This document shows, one piece after another, positions 50,801 to 60,851 of a DNA stretch of 64,000 bases; the first letter of the stretch is position 1; every line of letters starts with the position of its first letter. The stretch comes from Bilabrum cf. latius. Taxonomy: Eukaryota. The DNA is taken from positions 372,001 through 436,000 of the forward strand of contig OZ237756.1 in assembly GCA_965178125.1 (NCBI GenBank), read 5' to 3'. The translations under genes and the position numbers were made by a program. Below the pieces are notes generated by a model. That model ran no database searches and had not been told where the DNA came from. It worked only from the letters and a program-made list of their open reading frames with translations.

Positions 50801-51986
50801 CAACAACGAGAATGTGAAGCTGGCGATAGCAGCATCCGCCCCTTGGGGTGTTCGTGAGGGATGGCTAGGGCCACAGCTCGAGGATACTATCTACGGTCGG
50901 GAGCACTAGAGATTGGTGATGAGGGACATGGCCTCGACCGACCTTGAATCGTGGAAAGTACCGCGTGCGGATCTGCTCCCAGCCCTATGCGACCCCAGTG
51001 AAGATGCGTGTGACCCGGTGCTGCTTACATACCGGTGTGGCTGCTTCGATAGAATTGAGTCAGACGGTAGCGAGTGCATATCTACGAGTCGATATCCCGG
51101 TGTGCATGTCGCGATACATCAGGCTGCCGGCGGTGGCCCTTACCAGCTGAAAGATGAGCTACGCGAAACTATTTGTAAAGATGCGAGTTGTAGCACAAAG
51201 ACTAGGCTGGTTGGTCGCGCAGAGCCAGGTGGCGAGCGTGTATTTGGTTCGCTTCTTCGTATCGATGCAGATATATCTGGCATCAGGCGTGATCGTGATC
51301 ATGAAGCCGGGGTCGCCGCAGCTGCTAGAGCCAGTAGCGACGAGGCGGAGGCAAGGGCAGGCAGCAAGGGTGAGAAGACGAGTACTGGCGACGATGGTGC
51401 TGGGGCTAGTGCTGGTGTCAAATCTGTTGGGGCTAGTGCGGGTGACGTGGCCGGTGGTGCTGCTGGCTCTGTCGACAGAGACAGCGTGCCGGCAGAAGAT
51501 ACCTCCCGGAATGAGGCATTCCCAAGTCGAGTCAAATGCGATGCACCCGCAGATCCAGGGCTCTCATTTGCATTATTCACGCTTTCTGGCATGTGTTTCG
51601 CCTCTGATCCGGCCGATGCTGAAGCAGAGATCGAGGAAACCGACGTGCTGATCGATGTCCTGGATGGCTGTCCGTGGACGCTGTATTCGAATACCATGGG
51701 CCGATTTGCGGTGCTTGCTAGACATGTGCCACGCTGCGGTACCGAGGCTGTGGTAAAGCCGATCCAAATCATGGTGTTTTTGGGCCCGCGTGGCGCTGGT
51801 GGGCAGCCCCGGGCACAATCGTGCCAACCCATGGCTGGTAAGACCGAGTCAGAGGAGCCGCTCCAATGGCACGTCGGGGTCACGGTGAAAGAGCCCTCCC
51901 TATACGTGCATGTACATGCTAAGGGTGAGGGTCTCGAGGGTGTACCACTCAGAGTAGATGTATCGGTTCGGTTTCGAGATGAGTGA
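47854..51986 (+). CDS. Secreted subtilisin-like (S8) serine protease, copy 2; exons 47854-47989, 48106-51986
   Basis: Motifs FVLDSGV, WHGTTVA, VAAAGN and GTSFAAPRV. TAGs at 48975, 49407, 50637, 50679 and 50907. Ends TGA. Same intron as copy 1. Confidence 0.85.
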
Positions 51987-52324
51987 AACCTCAAACTCGA
52001 GCCATTCTGTCCGACCCTGGTACTTTCGAGCGTACTGGGACACCAGAAGTTGAAGCCGCAGGAAGCAGTGAGGTGCCGAAGAACAATATCCAGATGAAAC
52101 ACCGGCGCTAGCGTCAATATGAGAGGAAAGTCCATGTCATTCATCCGGATGGGCTCTATACCGAAGAAAGATTGGTTCGCTGGCTGCTCTGGTGGGAAGC
52201 GCCGATCCTAGATGCTGGATGCTCGCGTGTAGATACCGCACAGTGAGGCTTACACTCACTTTGTAATTCAGGATTTGGAGCGCGGCACATTCCTACAGCT
52301 TTGTATCTACGCAAGCACGTTTGA

Positions 52325-53902
52325 TCACTTGCCACCTCTGTCAGTAGCCGGATTCAGGCCGTAGATCGCTCGCCTCCGCACCTCCCTTGCCAGCGACCGA
52401 CGCACTAGCACGCCGCACTCATCGTGTCCATTCGCCATCGCTGCCTCCATCGCATCCTGCATCACCCCGCCCACATCCACCTCAAGCTCAGCCCCGCCCG
52501 CCATCACACCAAGCCTCAGCCTTCTGGCCAGCTCCAGAGGCCTGCCCTCGGATGCGGCCCGCCACACCAGCCCCGCATCCCGCCGGGCCTGGCTCGCCAC
52601 ACGGTGATGCAGCAGAGCACCGATGCGCCTGCGACGGCTGTTGAAGGCCCGCAGCCGGGGCAGCATGGCAGGGATGGTGTGGTCCTCGTGGTAAGTACCA
52701 CACGCACGTTGCCACTGGAAGAACACGATCCGCGGGTTGGCCAGCACTGCCTCCAGCATTCTGCCGCACTGCCTGGCTGCTTCTTCATGCTGGCCCCGGA
52801 AGTCGGGATGACCCGTTGATCCGATCACGAGCGACCGTAGCGATTCGTTTTGCCGTACCGCATCACACAGTGGACCGACGCGGCACGGGGTAGATTTCCG
52901 GGCTGTAGTCATTTTGTACCTGAAGGTGAGGTGCCGGATGCTGGTGTTCTCCCTCACAATGCGGGCCGCACACTCTCCCATCGCATTGTGAGGAGCCAAG
53001 CCGCATCCCGGCAGAAGGATCCAGCACGTTTCCACCTGCACTAACGTGCTGTTGCTGCTGAGTGCCTCTGTCCATGCCAGCATCGCGTCAAGATCCAAGT
53101 TGCACGGACCCAGGTGACAGTACTGAATGCTCCGGTTGCATCGGATGCCGTCGGCCATGAGACGATTCATCTTGTATAGTTCCTCAATGACTTCCGACTT
53201 CCGGGGGGGGATACAGGGGAGGCTGCCGAGCATATCGCAGATCTTCAGCACTTCCAAACTGCACTGCGAGTCGGCCAGCACTTTCGAGAAGACTTGCACG
53301 CACTCCAATGACATCTTGCTCTACCATTCTAGCACCAGGACTCGAAGTCGGTTCTTGCCGCCCGCGTGCAGCATGGCTGGTGCAAGGGCAGCCATGCAGT
53401 CCAGCCTCCACTTCGCCCACTGTGATGCCAAGCACTGCAGATGCGGTAAGCCGTCAATCGTGTCCATGCACACTGCTGACCAAAGCGCAGATCCCACGCC
53501 TGCATCAAATCCTTCTCGGTCGGATTCAATTAATGTCAATGATCGCAGCTGGACGCCATCCTCGGCGAGTACCGATGCCAGTTCCTCAATGGCCTTCGAT
53601 TCTATCTTTCTAGGCATGCTGATTTTTGATCTCCCTTGTCTGACTGCTTCCACTGCCTTGTCAACCTGCTTGAGGTTTCTAGTATAATCCAGAGTCTTGT
53701 AGTTGTGTATCCCAGTGTACGGCGCCTGCGAAACCAGACGGCGGGCAGGTAACCAGAGAAATGTAAGTAAAAGAAGCCAGATAATCAGTAAATCAATAGC
53801 CGCTGGCAGCAGGCGGACAATGAACACTTCAGAACATACGAGAAAGTGAAAGTCGAGATTGGGCTGGACATACTCGGCCTCCTCCGCGAGTCCAAGAGAC
53901 AT
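52325..53902 (-). CDS. LRR/ankyrin-like protein, copy 4 (most diverged)
   Basis: ORFs 53321..53902 and 52325..53314 join over TAG 53321-53323. The intron equivalent to that in the other copies happens to be open in frame. Different C-terminal tail. Confidence 0.75.
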
Positions 53903-53993
53903 GCTGGAACTTCGATTGCAGGCTTTTTGCCGTCAATGTACTTGATCAGCACCTATGCAAGCCACCGGGGCACAAGGGACACAGTCGCCCGGC

Positions 53994-56520
53994 TTTTTTG
54001 ACAAAATTCATTGGTAGAGAGACGATAAATTTATGTGATTCAAACTACACGCTACCCAGGCTAAGAAGTCACCCGTACGGCCACCAAGGAAGACGAATTC
54101 TGCGCATCCGAGCTGGACAATACCCGCAACAGGGCACGCCCAACCTTCAAGTGATGGGCACCGCGGTAGAGCAGATGGAGCGGGCCGAGCATGACCATCA
54201 TGCCGGAACGAGACCGTGGCAACCCGATGATGCGGATCAGAATAGAGGGAGGTCCCCTGCCTCTCTCCGGAAAGCATGGGCGAAGACAGCTCTCGCTCAG
54301 GACCCTTGGGACGAGAAGCTGGAGCGCACCAGTAGGGCCAAGCCAATCGTCGAAGACGCACTCACTCGGATAGAGCGTACGATTGCGCGGTCATCGGAAC
54401 GGACAGCTATCAAGGAGCTGGCCAACCGAGTGGTGCAGGTGATCAGGAACCAGCTGCGCTAGCAGGAGTAGCTGACGTGCAGGCAGTGGATGCGAGGCGA
54501 TGCGGCGGCTGCTCTTGCCGCCACGGCCACGCAAGAGCTGATAGCGGCAACCAATGCGAACGCTCGGCTACAGCGACGGATGTTTAAGCCCCACGGCTTG
54601 CTAAGGGACATAGAGAGGCAATGGGCCAAAGGCATGAGCGCGTGCATGCTAGCCTCTCTGAAGGACCGTGAGACGCAGAGACGGTCATGGAGGAGGAAAT
54701 GGTGGGTCCCGGCAGGGGACCCTGATGTGGGACTGGACCGCGCTTTGTGCCGGGCACATGCTCCGCACCTGTATGCTTTCTCCCTGTGAAGGCATCAGGC
54801 TGAGGGCTTGTGGGGGACCACATTGATGGCGAATAAAGGGGACTCGGCGGTGTAGGCTGAGATTGGGGGGCCTTTGGCCTGAAAGGGTCGGGGGTCTTGT
54901 AGTCCTTGTTTGAGGACTCCTCTGGATTCAGGTGATCACTCGAACTCCTTCGGGGGCAACGGTGCATCTGGGTGCTTGTGGAATCTTTACCCAACAATGT
55001 ATTTCTGTATTTCTGTATTTCTGTATTTCACCCGAAGGCTACTTCGACCGGGAGGAACATCTCACTGACCAGCTCAAGCCATGGGGGCTGCCAGCTGTGC
55101 TGCTTCTCCGTGGAGGTTCTGCACATCTGGAGCTCCCACCGCAGGTGCTGGGGGATGTATAAGACCGGCATGGTCAGGGTCAAGGCCATCTACCTCGTCC
55201 CCAGCGCCTCCAACCCCTTCAGCTGGTAGCACTCCTGCCGGGTTCGCTGCCTGCACTACCTCCGCTTGTGCTGCCGCTTGCGCCGCCTCGGGGGCCCCAG
55301 CTCCTGCTGGACCCGCTCCCTGCACCACTCTCGCTTCCCGTAGCCCTGACATGTTCCGCAACTTAAGGTTGAATTGAATCGTGCGGCATGCACTCAGCAT
55401 GGAAACTCCTTTGGCGATCACTCGCGCCCAGATACTGACCTGGGCCTCCACCGACCTGCTGCGGGCCACCCCCAGCCTCTTGCGTCGGATTCGGGCCAAC
55501 AGGCGCAGCAGTCCGCGTGCCCCGTTGCCCAAGCGTCCCGTCGACAGGACAACAAAGTCCTGGAAAACGACCTGGTTCCTGTTCTTGATGGACTTGACCT
55601 TCTCTGCTGCCGTTCCAGGTGCCCTTCGCCCTCCCATCAGCCGATGGGGAGGGATGGGCTCATTGATCTCTCGCTACTTCCTCCCGGCTGCTCGTGCTCC
55701 CGCTGCTTCGTCCTGATGATCCGACCCCACTGGTTTACTGGGAAAGTGCCTGTCCCCATTTTCCGTCCGCCTATTGATCTGAGACAGTCCGCACTTGGCA
55801 TGCGGGTCCGCAGTTGTCACGTCAACGTAGATTGGCTTCGCACCCTCGCTCGGGATGATGATGTCCATCGAGTAGTTCCCTTCCTCATTGTACACCCCTC
55901 TGATCTCCTTCAGTGCCTCTCGTCCGGTCGCCTCTTGTGCGATTTTCAGAACTCTCCGCTCCACATGATAATGCAATCCCGTCATCCTCCTCTTGTCGTC
56001 CTCCCTGATCAGCCGATCTCCGCATTAGCTCAAGTGAGCACACTGGTGCAGGTAGCCTTCTGCTCGGGCGCACCCGGGCATCGGGCACCTCTCTGTCCCA
56101 TCACTCTTACGCCTGATGCGTGCTAGCAGCTTGAGGACCCCTCTGGCTCCATCTCCGATCCTGCCTGAAGGCTGGATCACAAATCCCGAAAGATCACCGT
56201 TTTGGGATTTCTCAGCGTCTTCACTGGGTTCCCCGTCGCCCCCGTGGGGATACGACCAGCCATCCTCCGGTGCGGAGGCACCTCCAGATGAACCTCCCTG
56301 TGCTTCCTGAATGCTCCCCTGACCCAGGCAGTCTCATCCTGGTAGTCCGAGCCCACGGGCTTCGCAGGTCCGGTGCGTTCCCCCTCGCGTGCTCCCTTCT
56401 TGAACCTCTAGTTGATCGGTGCGAGTGCGGCTTGGGCAAGCGGGTCCACGCAAGTCACATCGACTAGGATCTCCTTCTCCCCTGGTCCTCTGTGGATCAC
56501 CAAATCCATCCTGTAATCCG
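53994..56520 (-). mobile_element. Decayed 3' part of an RLE-type (R2/CRE-like) non-LTR retroelement, interrupted by a LINE copy
   Basis: Two PD-(D/E)xK-like segments (RMDLVIH...ILVDVTCVDP and SMDIIIP...IYVDVTTADP...FQDFVVLSTGRLG), with a CxxxC...H..C knuckle between them. Frameshift near 56180 and in-frame TAA at 56025. A6 tract at 53994-53999 may be the tail. Confidence 0.6.
54076..55029 (+). mobile_element. 5'-truncated LINE copy with (TGTATTTC)4 tail and TCACCCG target-site duplication
   Basis: Reverse complement of 60852-61802 with only a few substitutions. Tail at 54998-55029. TCACCCG at 54069-54075 and 55028-55034. Confidence 0.92.
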
Positions 56521-57652
56521 GCAGGGAGAGAGAGAGAGCAGCTAGGGGGGGGGAGTGCAGGGGTGGGGTGGGAAGGGGGGGCGAATGGAGGGGTTGGGGA
56601 GGGTAGAGCGGAGGGAGAGGGGGACGACGGTTCACCGGAACGGGGAAGGAAATGGTGGAGGAGAAGATGATCGGTGGGGTCATTGGGTTGATGAGGCGGA
56701 TAGGAAGGGGGAGGCACAGGCCGGGCAGGTGTGGGTTGGGCATGTGTGGCGAGTGACTCGGATCAGGGGGATCGGATCACCGACCACATGCGGATGTGGA
56801 AGTTGAGAGGTCACAATTAGACTCGAGCGGCAATCAAGCCGCGTGCTATTCGGGCGCTGAGGGGCAGCGTTCGCCAGTTTTTTTTCTTATCCTCTTGCTC
56901 TACAATGGATTCAAGTTAGGCATCATAGGGATAGCAGCGTACTGAGCGTGCTGAACGTCGGGCGGCATCAAAGAGCCGGTCCAATTCTGTATCTTCTGGC
57001 GGGGCTCAGGCGGCCGCCGCGTGATCTCAGCGCTGTATGAACGACCGGCGCCAGTTGAACCCACAACAAAGATGTTTAATGATGTTTGTAATGAGTTTCG
57101 GCATTATGAGTCCGTTTCATGATTGCAAACCTGCTGTTTTGGGACATAGAAAGACTTGTTCAGATTCGGGGCCTCGTGACACCGGCACAGGCGACGATAG
57201 TGCGGTGCAGGGACGCTTGTCATTAAGGGCTACTAGGGCTAGGCTAACCAGTAGTATCCGAAAGGTTGAAACTTAGACTTTGCTCTAAACCTTAAAAGTT
57301 CTTAATCTTCACCAACAGTTGCACAAATAGACAAATCAAGCTACTTTTGGTGGTGGCTTTCGGGCATTCTTTAGTTGGCTCGAAAGGATACCCCCTATCC
57401 AAATAAAAATGAATTAGTGATGCCAATAAGGTCTCTGAGATTGCGGTCGCGCCGTAGGCGCACGATCCGCTCGAGGTGCAGGGTCAGAAAAGCCGTCAAC
57501 GTCTCCACCATCCCGGATCCACAGTGGTAAGAATAAGCACCGGGATAATTATTGATCCCCCACAAGAGGAAATGCCAGTGACAATCATGACTGCATCATT
57601 GCCATTCAGATGACGGCTATATCGCTCATCTCCCTCGGTCACGAGACACCCT

Positions 57653-59219
57653 TCACTCTACCCCCACCCCACCCACGCGATAGATCGTTCGCCTCCGCAC
57701 CTCCCTTGCCAGCGACCGACGCACCAGCACGCCGCACTTATCGTGTCCATTTGCCATCGCTGCCTCCATCGCGTCCTGCATCACCCCGCCCACATCCTAC
57801 TTACGCTCAGCCCCGCCTGCCATCACACCCAGCCTCAGCCTCCTGGCCAGCTCCAGAGGCCTGCCCTCGGATGCGGCCCGCCACACCAGCCCCGCATCCC
57901 GCCGGGCCTGGCTCGCCACACGGTGATGCACCAGGGCACCGATGCGCCTGCGACGGCTGTTGAAGCCCCGCAGTCGGGGCAGCATGGCAGGGATTATGTG
58001 ATCCTTGTGATACGTGATATCTGGAGATATATATTCCCACCAGAAGAACACGATCCGCGGGTTGGCCAGCACTGCCTCCAGCATTCTGCCGCACTGTCTG
58101 GCTGCCTCTTCAGGCTGGCCCCGGAAGTCATGAATGTTCGTTGATCCGATCACGAGTGACCGCAATGCTTGGTTCTGCCGCACAGCATCACACAGCGGGC
58201 CTACTCGACACGGGGTTGATTTGCGGCCTGTAGTCATGTTGTACCTGAGGATGAGGTGCTGGATACTGGTGTTCTCCCTCACAATGCGGGCCCCGCACTC
58301 TCCCATCGCATTGTGTGGGGCCAAGCCGCATCCCGGCAGAAGGATCCAGCTCGTTTCCACCTGCACCAACGAGCTGTTGCTGCTGAGTGCCTCTGTCCAT
58401 GCCAGCATCGCGTCAAGATCCAAGTTGCACGGACCCAGGTGACAGTACCGAATGCTCCGGTTGCATCGGATGCCGTCGGCCATGAGACGATTCATCTTGT
58501 ACAGCTGCTGGATAGCCTCCTGGTCACGGGGCTGCTTGCCGAGCATATCGCGGATCTTCAGCACCTCCAAACTGCACTGCGAGTCGGCCAGCACTTTCTG
58601 GAAGACTTGCACGCAATCCAATGACATCGTTGTCCATCCTTTTAGCTCAAAGACTCGAAGCCGGTTCTTGCCGCCCGCGTGCAGCATGGCAGGTGCCAGG
58701 GCCTCCATGCCATCCGCCGTCCAGCTGACGATCTAAAATTGTAAGCACTGCAGATGCGGTGAGTCGTCAATCGTGTCCATGCATACTGCTGACCGAAGCG
58801 CAGATCCCACGCCTGCATCCAAGAGTTTGTGCTCGAGTCCAGGTACTCGCAAGGATCGCAGCCGGACGCCATCCTCGGCCAGTACCGACGCCAGTTCCTG
58901 TATGGCACTACACGGCGACTTTGTAGGCATGCTAACTCTAGATCGCCCTTGCCTGACTGGTCCCACTGCCTTCTCTACCTGCATGAGTTTCATTGCGTCG
59001 TGGAGGGTGTAGGCCTAGGTATAAAGTCTCGTCCAATTGTACAGTCTCTGCGAAAAAGAACAGCGGACAGGTTGTATGACAAACATAGGCATACCAAGCA
59101 ATGGGTTAATTCAATTTTGGCTGAAATCAGGTGACTACATGCTGGTCAGAACATACTTGAGAGCGAACGCTGAGCTTGGCCTGGAAGTACCCGGCCTCCT
59201 CCGCGAATTCAGACGACAT
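57653..59219 (-). CDS. LRR/ankyrin-like protein, copy 5
   Basis: Near-identical to copies 1 and 3. TAGs at 59015, 58733 and 57797. Small indels at the very 3' end give TGA at 57653-57655. Confidence 0.72.
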
Positions 59220-59837
59220 GCTGGTTCTCCAATTGCAGTCAGAGAATGCAGTCAGTACCTGTATAAGCCGCCAGGTCACAATCTGTAGCAAGGCTACCCT
59301 GACAAAGTACAGAATAAGCCAGCGCGTGAAGAAAGTGAGAACCAACCACAGCACCACTGCCAGTGGGCATGGATACAGCTGAATGCTAATAAAATTGAAG
59401 TGAGAGACAATGACTCTTAGTGTAGGTATGCTTTCCATCAGCCTCAGCTCGTGCCCACTTGCACCTCCACACCGCTCGCCCCAGCCCTCTCCACAAGCCC
59501 GTCTCCACCGAGCCTGCTGGCCAGCTCATCCGATGCCGCTCCCACGTCGTCATCCAGCCCGGCCACACCGCAACTCTGCAGTGCAATGCACTCCAAGCCA
59601 CACTCCCGCTGATCACGCTCATTTCCCCCCTGGTCATCAGCACCCCATTCCCCTTGCTGTTGCCGTTCGCGCCCCCTCAAGACCATGGAGTGCTTCGGAC
59701 CCGGAACGACGGCAATCACAGGGGCAGGGGCAGGTGAGAGCATTATATCAAGCGGAGGTATATGTCCCTGCCTCCCGTAGCCTGTGCCCAGAGACAGGAG
59801 CTGGGTGCCTGCCTCACCATCAAAGCCAGATGCAGCA

Positions 59838-60542
59838 ATGCAGGGAGGCACGGCGGAGAGCCCGGTCTACCTGCGGCTGTCGGACGGGTGGGTGCAGTGC
59901 AGGGAGGCACGGCGGAGAGCCCGGTCTACCTGCGGCTGTCGGACGCGTGGGTGCAGTGCAGGGAGGCACGGCGGAGAGCCCGGTCTACCTGCGGCTGTCG
60001 GACGGGTGGGTGCAGTGCAGGGAGGCACGGCGGAGAGCCCGGTCTACCTGCGGCTGTCGGACGGGTGGGTGCAGTGCAGGGTGGCACGGCGGAGAGCCCG
60101 GTCTACCTGCGGCTGTCGGACGGGTGGGTGCAGTGCAGGGTGGCACGGCGGAGAGCCCGGTCTACCTGCGGCTGTCGGACGGGTGGGTGCAGTGCAGGGA
60201 GGCACGGCGGAGAGCCCAGTCTACCTGCGGCTGTCGGACGGGTGGGTGCAGTGCAGGGAGGCACGGCGGAGAGCCCGGTCTACCTGCGGCTGTCGGACGG
60301 GTGGGTGCAGTGCAGGGTGGCACGGCGGAGAGCCCGGTCTACCTGCGGCTGTCGGACGGGTGGGTGCAGTGCAGGGAAGCACAGCGGAGAGCCCGGTCTA
60401 CCTGCGGCTGTCGGACGGGTGGGTGCAGTGCAGGGTGGCACGGCGGAGAGCCCGGTCTACCTGCGGCTGTCGGACGGGTGGGTGCAGTGCAGGGTGGCAC
60501 GGCGGAGAGCCCGGTCTACCTGCGGCTGTCGGACGGGTGGGT
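59838..60542. repeat. 59-bp minisatellite, about 12 units
   Basis: Same unit as 45300-46494. Confidence 0.95.
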
Positions 60543-60851
60543 ACAGGACGAGAGGTATAGGACAGCTTCGTGACTCATCCAAGGTTGATGTGTTTGTGAA
60601 TTGCTGGTCTCAATGTTGCTCGCAGCAATGTGTGCAACTACTTCAGGGAGCGGGGCGGGGCCGCAGGTGGTTGCTCTGCAATGCCGGATTGGGCCAGCAA
60701 GCACGGATTGGAGACCAGTGGATTCGCCGGAGGATTAGAGCGGCGGCCACGACCTTACCGTGCGTTGGAAGGCTTTCATCCAGAGCTCACTACGACTTGT
60801 AGGCCCTGTAGGTCAGCAGGTGCAGCCCCTATTTGAAATCTGGGCGGGGGG

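Larger units (their letters stand above)
42877..52050. repeat. Segmental duplicate of about 25969-33790 (LRR gene, 59-bp VNTR, S8 protease); third partial copy at about 57635-60853
   Basis: Collinear high identity including intergenic DNA, for example 28700-29900 versus 46770-47970. Confidence 0.9.

Noticed and set aside
56520-56720. G-rich purine tracts (also 39290-39670) as functional G-quadruplexes or telomeric repeats
   Set aside because: No regular repeat unit and no independent support for function.
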